From the NCBI GenBank assembly GCA_964631985.1, contig CAZWAX010000001.1, positions 943 to 64,942 of the forward strand: DNA of 64,000 bases. The letters run 5' to 3'. This stretch comes from an uncultured Polyangiaceae bacterium. Its GTDB lineage: Bacteria; Desulfobacterota; Binatia; UTPRO1. Positions 10,001-20,300 of the stretch are shown one piece after another (the stretch's first letter is position 1; each line of letters opens with the position of its first letter). Made by a program: the position numbers and the translations under genes. A model generated the notes under the pieces. That model had not been told where the DNA came from, searched no databases, and worked only from the letters and a program-made list of their open reading frames with translations.

Positions 10001-10622
10001 AAATACCCGTGAGCGACGAGAGCGCGCCGGCGGCATGGAGCAGGGCCGCCGTCCGCGGCACCGACGCGCCCATCGCCTGGGCTCCGGCACAGACCTCCGC
10101 GTCCGCCAGACACGTGATGGCCTGGTCGATGCCATCCACGACGTGCGGGACCCTAGGGCATCGCCCGAGCACATCGCCGAATCCGATGCCCCCCGCCGCG
10201 AGCAGGCTCGCCCCGTCGCAATGCTTGCGAATACTCTTCCGCAGACCCGCCAGAAGCGTGGCCTGCTTGTGATAGGTCTGCGCGCACGTGGTCGTCGAGC
10301 GGAGCGCGCACTTGGCGTCGTCCGGGCGACCCATGAGACATCGCACCAAGCTCCCGACGCATTTGGCCGCGTCGCGATGGCGCGCCGACGCATAGCGCCC
10401 GACCGCGGACGCCACGGTCTTCTGACAGCGCAACGTGGCGGCGACCTGCGGGTCCTGGACGGTCCGCGCTTCCACGGTGGCCGCGCACAGCGCCACCACG
10501 AGCGAACCCACCGCGGCGACGCGATGCCAGCGCGCGCACTCCCGGTCGCGAGGAACACGCGCAGGGAGCGGCGCCGAAGCACCTGAACGTACGTCAGGAG
10601 GAAAACCGGTGGCCACGTCCAT
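7089..10622 (-). CDS. Large secreted protein: N-terminal Cys-rich region, Pro/Thr linker, PQQ-dependent sugar (glucose/sorbosone) dehydrogenase beta-propeller, C-terminal dihaem c-type cytochrome domain
   Basis: [10 protein letters not shown]...[23 protein letters not shown]...RGLRNPWR matches soluble GDH/SGDH. Two CxxCH motifs (CVRCH, CAHCH) sit in the last roughly 250 aa. TPTPT linker. The 5' start is uncertain, as no clear RBS precedes the ATG at 10622. Confidence 0.7.
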   Translation of the reverse strand: [1177 protein letters not shown]

Positions 10623-10782
10623 TCGGTAGCGGTGCGAGCTTCGGTGGGGCGGGCCCGAGAGCCCGTCTGTGCTACCGAAAAACCGTCGCGGAAGTCAATT
10701 CACGGACGCTATGGCGCCTGCCGTGCGCACTGAAGTGCACGGCCCGAGCGCGACGTGGCGACGCGCTCGGGCCGCTCGGATC

Positions 10783-13700
10783 TCAGGGGTTGCAGGCCAC
10801 CTTCAACGAGTCGACGTCCGACCGACCCGTCGTGTCCTCGGTGCGGAGGCGAATCGTCTTCCGAGTGAGACGATCGTTGCGGATGGGAATCGAGAGGTAG
10901 GCCGTCATGCAACGATCCTGCGTGGCGATCGCCGTGGTATACTGGACGATATTGACGTGCGGCCCCAGCACTTGATGGGCGCCCTGCGCCTGCAGCACGG
11001 CCATCAGATCGCGCCCCATCTCGGCGTCGACGTCGTTCCGGCTGTCGGGACGCGGGCTCTTGATGGTCACGGTCTTCACGTCCGAGGGGAAGCAGGCGCT
11101 GCCCTGGAGGCGTGGGTCGTTGTTGTTGATACAGATCAGGACGTGCGCCACGCACGCGCCGTTGGTCTCCCCGTCGAAGTCGGAACCGCCACCGTCGTTG
11201 ATGACGAAACTGTTCTGCTTGAGCGACTTCGGCCCGATCGGGGCATCGACGAAGAACTCGGTAACGCAATCGGTGGTCACGCTCCCACCGCCCGGGGCAC
11301 AACGACCCGGCGCGTTCTCGGTGCACCTGGGGAGCGCCGGAAAGGTCTCGCGCGAGGCCGCGTTGGCGACCACGTCGGCCGTGTAGAGGTAGGTGTCGTG
11401 GTAGCCGTTGCCCAGCCACAGATCGACCTGGTCGCCGAAATGCGGCCGACCGACGACGCCGTCCTGCCCGCCCGGGATCACGTTCTTCGCGACGATCGCG
11501 CCGCTCGCCATCTCAACCACGCTTCGACGGTTGGCGCCGCTGCCGAACGACAGGCCCGTCGCCGAGGTCGGACGAAGACCGTAGTTGGCGACGTCGACCG
11601 TGAAGCGCGCGCCGTCGGACGGCATGCCCGGCGGGAAGCCGACCGCCGGTTGCGGGGGAATGCTGTAGGCGCCGCCGCCGTTGATCAGCGTACCGTTCAG
11701 GTCGCCGTCGATGAAGCTGTTGAAGATGACGTAGTGGACCTTGCCCCAGAGGTAGTCGTCGACGTCGGTGGAGTTGGTGAACGCCGGCGCGAATCCGGCG
11801 CCCGCGAGCAGGGTGAGCGCGTCCTGCAGGCTCTTCACGAGGATGATGTCACGCTCCTCCTCGGCCGAGAGCGCGACCCCAGTGTCGTCGAAGAAGTTGA
11901 TGCCCGAGGCGCCGACGCCCGTGAACGGCATGCGGGTGAGTAGCCGGATCAGGCCGCGGATGCCCTCGGTGGTGCCCTGGCGATAATCGATCCCGGCGGC
12001 CGCGAGCGTGGGATCGAAGGTGCGGTTCATGAGCCGCCCGACCGCGACGTTGTAGAGCGTGGTCGCGACGCTATCGACGAGCTCTTGTGCCGTCGGCACG
12101 CCGGGATCGCCGGGCGTGTCGAACCCGGCGGGCGTGTTGCCCGTCCAGGCAGCAAGGCGGTTCCGCGCGTCGACGACGGTGGCGTTCAGGAGGCTCGAGA
12201 GCTCGACCGGCGCTCCGCCCATGCCGGCGTTGTCGACGGCGTCGATGAAGTACCCGACGAGCCGGCGACCTTCGAGCTGATTCACGTCGGCCTGCATGCG
12301 CTCCATGTCGGCCATCGAGATCGTCCCGTCTCCAGCCGGCGTTCCCGGCGGCGTCGGGATCAGGTTCAGCTCGCTCTTGATCAGCTCGGTGATGCGGGCG
12401 GCCCGGAACTCGTCGTACCCGGGGCTGAGATACGGTCCGGTGCCGGCGAGCGCCTCGTTCAGGACGTCGTTGTCGGCGGTGTTGCCGATGGGATCGTTGT
12501 TGGCGTTCACCCACCAGCCGGCGGGCGGGTTCTCGACCTGCGGGATCTGCGCGTCCGGGACGATCTCGTAGGGGACCGCCTGGGTCGCGGGCTGCGGGCC
12601 GCCGAGCGCCTTCCACTCGTTGCCGCCGGTGCCGTCGCGGATCAGGAAGGGCGGATTGCCGCTGAGCGTCCCGGCATCGAGGTCCTCGCGAATGGGAAAC
12701 TCGCCGCTCGCGAAGTACGCAATGTTGCCCGCCACGTCGGCGTAGCCCCAGTTCTGCGAGCCGAAGTCGAACAGCTGGAGCCCGGCCTTGAACGTGGCGA
12801 GATCGGTCGCGGTGTTCCAGATGTAGAAGGTCTCGAGCTCGCGGGTGGCGTAGTTCCCCGTGAACTTGACGGTGAGCGCCGTCCCCACCTGGTTCGGCAG
12901 GAACGGGTTCCCGACCGCGCCCGAGAACGGGATCGTGATGGTCTGCGGGAACACCGGGCCGTGCCTCGGCACCACCATGGCGCGCGGAGGGACGAAGTTC
13001 GCGAGCAGCCTGTTCACGTTCAGGATGCCGTTCACCGCGGGAATCGCGACTCCCATCGCCGCGGCGATGACCACGCGGTCGAGCGAGCCGACCGGCTCGT
13101 TGCCGTTCTCGATGTTCACGCGCACCAGGATCGGCGACTGCACCACCGGCTCGGGATTGCCCTGGTAGTAGCTGAAGAGATTGCCCGAGGCGTCGGTGAA
13201 CATGTCCTCGAGGTACCAATCGGTGACGTCGGCCGGATTGGTGGTCGAACCCCAGGCGATGCTCTCGTTGTGACCCTGAACGACGCCCGGGGCGCCGGCG
13301 AAGCCGATGCCGGTCGCGTTCAGGTCGCCGCCGCGATCCTTGGTATTGATGTGCACCTCGTAGAACGTCGCCGGGCTGCCCAGCCCGAGGTGAGGATCGT
13401 TAGCGTAGATGGGATTCCCGGTGTCGGTCACCGAGCCGTCGACCGCCCATTGGTTCGAGCCGACCGTGCCGCGCGCCCGGATCTCGCGCATGACCGGCTG
13501 GTCCATCAGCTTGGCGATGAACTCACGCGCCTTCGTGACGGTTTCCTTGCGGGCCTTCGCCAGCTGTCGCTGCTGTTCCTTGGTGAGCGCGCGCTTGCCC
13601 TTCCCCGCCGGCGCCGTGGCCTTGGCGTTCTTCGTCGCGGTGCCGGCCGCGGTCTTTGCGTCGGCGAGCATCGTCGCCTTGTCGCGCCGGAGCCCGGTCA

Positions 13701-14481
13701 ACGGGATCGGCGCGTTGTTGGCGTCGGGGACCGTGAACGCGTTCTCCGCCGGCTGCACCCGCGCCAGATCCTGCGCGAAGGCGGTGGTGCCGGTCGGGAC
13801 GCCGAGCCCGTCGGTGACGTCGGCGAGGTCACCGGTCGGCCCGTCGTCGAAATCGAACGAAAGCTGGAAGGTCTGCAGCTTGCCGAACGCCACCGAGTCG
13901 ACCGACACCCACGGAGCGATCGAGAGAATGTTCAGATTCGTGTACTCGGGCGGCAGGCTCCCGGTCGCGTTCGCGAACCCGATGAACTCGTTCACGCCGT
14001 CGGCATAGGCCTGGAGGAGACTCTGCACGGCCGGCGACAATGCATTGAACGAAGCGACCGCCGCCTGGCGGAAGCCCAACGACTGGAAGAAGAGGTCCTG
14101 AGTGACGTTGCTGATGTTGCCGGGGAACGGCGGCTGCTGCGCTTGCAGCAGGGTCGGACCGGTCTGGAAGTTGGGGAAGCCGAGGAGCTCGGACACCGTG
14201 CCGCTCGGGATCCGGCGGAAGACGTCCATCTGGAACATGCGTTCGCGGGCGTGAATGTTGCCGAGCGCGAACGCGGCGTCGTTCTGCGTCGAGGCGTAGA
14301 TGTGGGGGACGCCCTTCGCATCGCGCACCACGTCGACCGGGGCGCTCAGCTGCGGAAACGTCAGGGTCTGCGCGATCGGCAGGTCGGTGACGGGGTCCGC
14401 CTGCGCCGGCGCGACGCTCAGACACGACCACGCGAGGGCGACGGCGAGGATGAACGACGGGCGGCGACGGCGATGCGGCAT
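10783..14481 (-). CDS. Penicillin amidase (S45 Ntn-hydrolase) family protein with a roughly 200-aa C-terminal Cys-rich extension
   Basis: AGGAGG RBS, signal peptide MPHRRRRPSFILAVALAWSCLSVAPAQA. ERMFQMD motif and GSNQWAV (Ser-Asn-x-Trp beta-subunit N-terminal nucleophile). The C-terminal tail carries about 12 Cys. Confidence 0.8.
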   Translation of the reverse strand: MPHRRRRPSFILAVALAWSCLSVAPAQADPVTDLPIAQTLTFPQLSAPVDVVRDAKGVPHIYASTQNDAAFALGNIHARERMFQMDVFRRIPSGTVSELLGFPNFQTGPTLLQAQQPPFPGNISNVTQDLFFQSLGFRQAAVASFNALSPAVQSLLQAYADGVNEFIGFANATGSLPPEYTNLNILSIAPWVSVDSVAFGKLQTFQLSFDFDDGPTGDLADVTDGLGVPTGTTAFAQDLARVQPAENAFTVPDANNAPIPLTGLRRDKATMLADAKTAAGTATKNAKATAPAGKGKRALTKEQQRQLAKARKETVTKAREFIAKLMDQPVMREIRARGTVGSNQWAVDGSVTDTGNPIYANDPHLGLGSPATFYEVHINTKDRGGDLNATGIGFAGAPGVVQGHNESIAWGSTTNPADVTDWYLEDMFTDASGNLFSYYQGNPEPVVQSPILVRVNIENGNEPVGSLDRVVIAAAMGVAIPAVNGILNVNRLLANFVPPRAMVVPRHGPVFPQTITIPFSGAVGNPFLPNQVGTALTVKFTGNYATRELETFYIWNTATDLATFKAGLQLFDFGSQNWGYADVAGNIAYFASGEFPIREDLDAGTLSGNPPFLIRDGTGGNEWKALGGPQPATQAVPYEIVPDAQIPQVENPPAGWWVNANNDPIGNTADNDVLNEALAGTGPYLSPGYDEFRAARITELIKSELNLIPTPPGTPAGDGTISMADMERMQADVNQLEGRRLVGYFIDAVDNAGMGGAPVELSSLLNATVVDARNRLAAWTGNTPAGFDTPGDPGVPTAQELVDSVATTLYNVAVGRLMNRTFDPTLAAAGIDYRQGTTEGIRGLIRLLTRMPFTGVGASGINFFDDTGVALSAEEERDIILVKSLQDALTLLAGAGFAPAFTNSTDVDDYLWGKVHYVIFNSFIDGDLNGTLINGGGAYSIPPQPAVGFPPGMPSDGARFTVDVANYGLRPTSATGLSFGSGANRRSVVEMASGAIVAKNVIPGGQDGVVGRPHFGDQVDLWLGNGYHDTYLYTADVVANAASRETFPALPRCTENAPGRCAPGGGSVTTDCVTEFFVDAPIGPKSLKQNSFVINDGGGSDFDGETNGACVAHVLICINNNDPRLQGSACFPSDVKTVTIKSPRPDSRNDVDAEMGRDLMAVLQAQGAHQVLGPHVNIVQYTTAIATQDRCMTAYLSIPIRNDRLTRKTIRLRTEDTTGRSDVDSLKVACNP

Positions 14482-14590
14482 GGGGGTCCTCCTGGCTGAA
14501 CGACTGAAGATGGTCTGGCTGACGGACGGCACGGCAAGGATTCCTGGCCGAAAGATCGCGGCATTAGACGGCGGTTGGCTGCCGCCTGTC

Positions 14591-14618
14591 AAGAAAAAAG
14601 ACGCGCGACGATCGCGCG
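14591..14618 (-). terminator. Rho-independent terminator downstream of the thiolase gene
   Basis: On the minus strand: GC stem CGCGCGA-cga-TCGCGCG followed by TCTTTTTTCTT. Confidence 0.5.
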
Positions 14619-14645
14619 GGGACTATGGCGCTTGCAGGAACGAAA

Positions 14646-15878
14646 TCAATGAATCCGCTCGATGATGATGGCCGGCGCCATGCCGCCGGCGGCGCACATG
14701 GTCACGAGCCCGGTCGAGAGACCCCGGCGCTCCAGCTCGTCGAGCACGGTGCCGATGAGCATCGAGCCCGTTGCCGCGATCGGATGTCCGAGCGCGATCG
14801 CCCCGCCGTTCACGTTGACCTTCTCGGGGTCGAGGTCGAGGTCGCGGATGAACTTCCACGCCACCACCGCAAACGCCTCGTTCACTTCGATCAGGTCGAT
14901 GTCGTCGAGGCTCATGCCGGCCTTGGCGAGGACCTTCCGCGCCGCCGGCACCGGCTCGTTCAACATGAGCTCGGGGCTGCCCGCTGCGTTGGCCATCGCG
15001 ACCACCCGCGCCCGCGGCTTCCACCCCTGCCGCTTCGCATACTCCGGTGACGCCAGGAGCAGCGCCGCCGATCCGTCGACGACCCCCGACGAGTTCCCGG
15101 CATGGTGCACGTGGTTGATGGCGATGTCCGGATGGACGCGCCGCACCAGGTCGTCGAAGGTCTCGCCCGTCGTGTCGAACGGCATCGCCATGAAGTTCGA
15201 GAAGACCGCGGGCAGTTTCGCGAGCCCGTCGAGGGTCGTCTGCGGACGCGGGTACTCGTCGTGATCGAGCGCGAGCGTGCCGTCGTCGTTCAGCACCGGC
15301 ACGAGGCTCTTGGCGAAGTACCCGCCCGCGATCGCCCGCGCCGCCCGCTTCTGGCTCTCGAGCGCCAGGCGGTCGACGTCGTCCCGTGTCGCGCCTTCGA
15401 GGGTCGCGATCACGTCGGCGCAGACACCCTGGTGCGGTTGCGGGTGCAGGTCCCGCAGATGCAGGTTCCCCGCGTCGAGCATCCCCGGCGTCAGCGTCGC
15501 CGTGAAGGACATCATTTCGACGCCACCGGCGACCACGAGATCCTCCATCCCGGAAAGGATGCTCGCCGCCGCGAGGTTCACCGCCGTGATGCCCGAGCCG
15601 CAGAAGCGGTCGAGCGTGACCCCGCTCGCCTTGATGCTCCAGCCGGCGTCGAGCGCCGACATCCGCCCGATGCACGTTCCCTGCTTCCCGATCTGCGCGC
15701 TACAGCCCCAGATCACGTCGTCGACCTCCTCGGTGCGGAGATCGTTCCGCTGCTGCAAAGCGCCGAGGACGGTCGCGCCGAGCCGCTGCGGATGGAGGTG
15801 CGACAAGCCCCCCTTCCCTTGCTTGCCGATGCCACGCGGCGTGCGAACGGCATCGATGATCCAGGCTTCTCGCGTCAT
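14646..15878 (-). CDS. Acetyl-CoA C-acetyltransferase (thiolase II)
   Basis: GAAGGAGA RBS. MTREAWIIDAVRTPRG..., catalytic Cys region DRFCGSG, C-terminal NVNGGAIALGHPIAATG and MCAAGGMA thiolase signatures. Confidence 0.9.
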   Translation of the reverse strand: MTREAWIIDAVRTPRGIGKQGKGGLSHLHPQRLGATVLGALQQRNDLRTEEVDDVIWGCSAQIGKQGTCIGRMSALDAGWSIKASGVTLDRFCGSGITAVNLAAASILSGMEDLVVAGGVEMMSFTATLTPGMLDAGNLHLRDLHPQPHQGVCADVIATLEGATRDDVDRLALESQKRAARAIAGGYFAKSLVPVLNDDGTLALDHDEYPRPQTTLDGLAKLPAVFSNFMAMPFDTTGETFDDLVRRVHPDIAINHVHHAGNSSGVVDGSAALLLASPEYAKRQGWKPRARVVAMANAAGSPELMLNEPVPAARKVLAKAGMSLDDIDLIEVNEAFAVVAWKFIRDLDLDPEKVNVNGGAIALGHPIAATGSMLIGTVLDELERRGLSTGLVTMCAAGGMAPAIIIERIH

Positions 15879-15966
15879 GGGATCTCCTTCGGCGATAACC
15901 ACGACGGGGGTCGCGGCCCGAGACGGCTAGCCGACGCCCGCCACCGGAGCAAGGGGGCGTCGCCGA

Positions 15967-17331
15967 TCAGTGCGTGTGCCCGAGCTCGTCGCCGATCGCG
16001 AGACGCGCGAAGCTTCGCACCGCCTCGTTGTCGTGGGACTCGGCGATCGATGCCAGCATCACGCCTCCCTGCGGACCCGTGCGCGCGAGACCGAGCACGG
16101 CGGCGAGCGCCGCGCGCTCGCTGCCGTCGTCGACGACCGCGGCGAGCGGGCCGACCGCGACCGCCCCGAGCGCCCCGAGGCTTTCGGCCATGCCGTTCCG
16201 CACGCTCGCGTCGGAATCGTCGAGCATGCCGATGACGTCGGCGATCGCACGAGTGTCCGCGGCGTCCCCGCTCCCGCGGCGCGCGAGGAGCGCGCGCCCC
16301 GCGGCCAGGCGCACGATCGGCGCCGGGTCGTCGCGCAGGAACGTCACCAACCGTTCACGGGGGGCCTGTTCCCTGTCGACCTCCACCCCCACTGCCCGCA
16401 CGGCCGGATCGGCGTCCGTCAGCAGGCCCTCGACGCGGTCGGGGGAAAGCCCATCGGGAAGCACCGCCAGGACGCGATAGGCTTCGGCACGGATCGGGGA
16501 GGCGGGCTCGGTGAGCGCGAGCGCGGTCTCGCGTGTGCCGGGCAACCTGCGGCCGGCGGCAAAGCGAAGCGCCGCGACCCGTAGCGTCGGCTCGCGTCCC
16601 GCATTGCGCGCGGCGCTCAACAGCGCCGCCGTACCCTCCGCCCCGGGGTCGACGTCTGCGGGGTAAGCCTCGAGGAGCGTCAGTGCTTCGCTCGCGACCG
16701 CGGGGTGTCCGCCGGCCACGATCTCGGCGAGTCGCTGCACGCCCGGTGTCCCGTCTCGCGCCGCGGGGCTCATGACGAGGTAGTGCTGGAGGGCGAAGAG
16801 CGTCAGGCCATCGGGCTGCCGGAGGAACGCCTCACCGCCCGAGGCGACGACCAGCACCGGACCGCTCTCCGCCCCGACCGGAAAGCGCTTGCGCCACAGG
16901 CTCTGCGTCGGCAACGCGTCGAGTACCACTAAGACGCGCTGCCCGTCCTCGAAACGCACCTGGCGCGCCTTGGAAAGCTCCTCCCACGCGATCGTCACCG
17001 TGTCGCCGAGGCGAACGTCCCCACCGAGCGCGGTATCGACCCGCAGCGCGCCGCGCCAGCCCTGAACGTCGAGGCTTTCGACTTTCGAGACGATCCCGGC
17101 GACGACGGCCTGCGCGCGCTTGGCTTCGGCAATGATCCCGACGCCACCCGCCGCGGCGGGCCGCAGCCGCCCGGCAGAGGGAGGGTTCGCCACGGGAACC
17201 GGCGACGGCATCGGCGATGCCGCCATGGTGGGCCTCGCGATGCCCCCGTCCTGCCCCTCGGGGGCACACGACGTCGCGACCGCGACGACGACGGCGATGC
17301 CGAGCACCGCCGCCGTCGCGGCCTTTGTCAC
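15967..17331 (-). CDS. HEAT-repeat lipoprotein
   Basis: GTG start overlapping the upstream TGA (GTGA coupling). N-terminus MTKAATAAVLGIAVVVAVATSCAPEG is a lipoprotein-type signal. Repeated Ala/Leu/Arg-rich HEAT-like units (DPAVRAVGVE..., DSDASVRNGMAESLGALG). Confidence 0.65.
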   Translation of the reverse strand: MTKAATAAVLGIAVVVAVATSCAPEGQDGGIARPTMAASPMPSPVPVANPPSAGRLRPAAAGGVGIIAEAKRAQAVVAGIVSKVESLDVQGWRGALRVDTALGGDVRLGDTVTIAWEELSKARQVRFEDGQRVLVVLDALPTQSLWRKRFPVGAESGPVLVVASGGEAFLRQPDGLTLFALQHYLVMSPAARDGTPGVQRLAEIVAGGHPAVASEALTLLEAYPADVDPGAEGTAALLSAARNAGREPTLRVAALRFAAGRRLPGTRETALALTEPASPIRAEAYRVLAVLPDGLSPDRVEGLLTDADPAVRAVGVEVDREQAPRERLVTFLRDDPAPIVRLAAGRALLARRGSGDAADTRAIADVIGMLDDSDASVRNGMAESLGALGAVAVGPLAAVVDDGSERAALAAVLGLARTGPQGGVMLASIAESHDNEAVRSFARLAIGDELGHTH

Positions 17332-20300
17332 GGTGCCAGAGGCGCGTCGAATCCCGGATTCCCGTCGACGTCGGCGTACAGTGCGTTGGTGTGGCCAAGC
17401 GCCGTCACGCCGCTCTGCCCGAGATTGCCGTCGATGAGATTCGCGAGCGTGGTGTTGCCGGCGGTCGCCAGGTTGGCGGGATGCACCGGGAACATCGGCC
17501 GCGAGATGCCGTCGGTGCCCTTCACGACGACCACGAACCAGGTGTCCTCGGTCATGTTGGTGAACGGGATGGAGACGCTCGCCTCTCGCCGCTCGCCGCC
17601 GGTCACGAGCGGATGCACGTTGTTGGTCGTGATCGTGAAGTCCGCGGGGGCGTTCCGCGTCAGCGTCGGGGTGGCGCTGAAGAGCTCCGGCGCGTCGCTC
17701 GTCGGCGAAGGGATCGTCGACGCGTTGGCATACACGAGGATCTGGTCGAAGTCCGCCCAGAGCGGCGCCTGGACTTCGATCTCGAGCACCAGGCCGGCAA
17801 CCGGGTTGATCACCGTGAGCAGCGTGTCGCCGGCGAGCGTGAGATCGGCGACGTTGGACGCGTTGGTCGCGTCGACCAGGCGGGTCTGCACGTAGATCCC
17901 CTGGCCACCGACGGCTTTACCGGCGCGTACCGACTGCGCCATCTCCGCCGGGGAGATGCTCGGCGGATCGTCGGTCGACGAGGCCGACCACGTCCGGCCA
18001 CCCGCCGTCTCGAGGTTGGCGAAGGCGTGGGTGTCGGTGTCGGTGATCGCGGTCGCGATGAGCCCCTGGTTCAACAGGTTGAACCAGATCCCGATCCGCT
18101 CGTCGAGGAACTGCGACTGGTGAGCGCGGTTGTGGCCGTTCCAGAGCTCGAGGGCCTCGAAGTGCTGGAAGAGGTTGCCGCTTGCCGGATCCATGCGGAA
18201 GTCGAGCTTGCGCGCCGGACTGACGAACGACTGCGGCGGCACCAGCGAGGTGTCGATCTCCATCGGCACGAAGTGCGAGTCGATGTGGTTGATCTGGACG
18301 ACGGTGTCGACGGTCGCCGTGGGGCTGTTGGTCGCGAGCGTCAGCACCTCCGCCGGCGTCATGATGTAGTTGCCGAGCGACTTGAAATCCTCGCCGGCCG
18401 GCGCCGGACGACCCCAGTCGGTCGAGCCGCCAGTCACGAGACTCGGATCGATGGTCATCGGGTAGGCGTTGTAGTGGCCCGCGTCCCAGGTGGTGATCTC
18501 CTCGCCGATGGTCGAGGTGACGAACGCCGAGAAGCCCATCGCCGCGATCCGCGGATTCAGATCGGTGTGGACGTGGTGGTCGGTCATGACGACGTTGTCG
18601 ACGCCCTCGCCCGCGAACTGCCGCACGCGGTCGGACTGGCTGACGCGCGAGTCGGCACTGGCGATGCCGTGGACGTGGTGATCCGAGGAGATGAAACCGG
18701 CGGTGTCGAGCACGCGGGCGATCTGCGCCGAGACGTTCGTGGTCACGCCCCCCGTCACCGTGAGCGCCTGCTCGAACAGCGAGTACTCGCCCCCGCGCGA
18801 CACGTAGATGCGATAGCTTCCCGGCTCGAGGTCGAAGTCCACCTCACCGGCCGCGTCGGTGTACAGGGCGCGCACGATGCCGAACGGGTGCTTGTCGGTC
18901 TGATCGCGGAACCAGCCGGTGTCGGCGCTGAAGGTCGGCTCGGGCGACGCATCGAAGCCGACGACACTCACGCGCGCCGGGACGGCGTCATTGTTCTCGT
19001 CGACGACCGTCACGTCGACGTGACCGGGCGCGGGCAGATCGAAATTCTTCACGAGCGGCGTCACCTGGCTGACGCTGCCGAGACTCACCGGCGGCGTCGC
19101 CGCGCCACCCACGTACATCGTGCCCTCACGCCAGGCGACGAAGCCGTTCGAGCCGATCGGCATCGTCCCTTCGTAGCAACCGTCGGGACCCGTCACCCAC
19201 GTCGAGCGGAGGAGCGTAAGGGCGCCCATCAACACCGGGCCCGCACTGACGCGCGCACCGGGAGCGGGCACGCCGGCCACCGTGACACACCCGGAGACCT
19301 TCCCGGAGAGAGTTCCCTTCACCGCGTTCTCCAACGTGATCAGGTTGCCGCCGCTGCCGTCGCCGACGCCGAAGTACCGGACGAAGGATTTGCTGCCGCC
19401 TGCCGGCACGAAGAACTTCGGATTCCCCGAGACCAATGCCGTCAGGACCGATTCGCTGTGCAGGACGTACGACACGCCGCTGACCGAGAAGTACCCCGTG
19501 CCTTCGTTCGACTCGGCGATCGGAATGGTCGTGAGACCGTAGTCGACGCCCTGGGCCTCGCCGTAACCGAAGTAGCTGAAGACCCCCATGTTTTGGCCGA
19601 GGAGACGGACACCGATACCCTGCTCGCCGCTGCCCCATTGCTCGAGCTCGCCGGCCGCGTTGATGAAGTCGCCCACGAAAAGCCCGAGGGTGGTCGCCTC
19701 GTTGTTGAAGACCGTCGTGACGAGCTTCAGGTAGGCGGCATCCGGCTCGAGGATGTAGTCCGTGCAGCCCTCGACCTCCTGGTCGTTGTCGTCGGCGGAC
19801 GGGGGGAAGTCCAGACCCACCTCCTCGATCACCGTCGACGGGTTCACGAAGTCGAGGATGTCGTCGGGGCCGCAGGTGCGCACGATGGCGGCGCCGCCAT
19901 CGCTTCCATCGTTCACCACTACGAGGGTCGTCGCGTTGATGACGGTTTCGATGTTGATGCTGGGCTGCATCTCCAGGAAGTTGTCGAGGCCGGGATGACC
20001 GACCAGCTCGGCGTCGATGAGATTCCCGCCGAAGCCGCCGACGCTGTACATCTCGCGCACGGCTGGCTTCTGGATGATGAACCGCGCGAGCTCGTTCGCG
20101 ATCATGGTGTCGCCGAGCTGGCCATGCGCAAGGGGTCCGGTGATGAGCTCGCCGCTGTTCGTGATCTCGTGCGCCGTCGCGAACCCGATGCAGGAGTCGT
20201 TGGCCACGGCATCATCGAAGAGGTCGCAGTCGGAGGTGAGCCCCGTCGCGCCGCGAAGCGCGCGACAGAAATGGCACCGGGTCGAGCTGACGGCGCACGT

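Noticed and set aside
12085-14499. 804-aa plus-strand ORF
   Set aside because: Antisense to the penicillin-acylase homologue.
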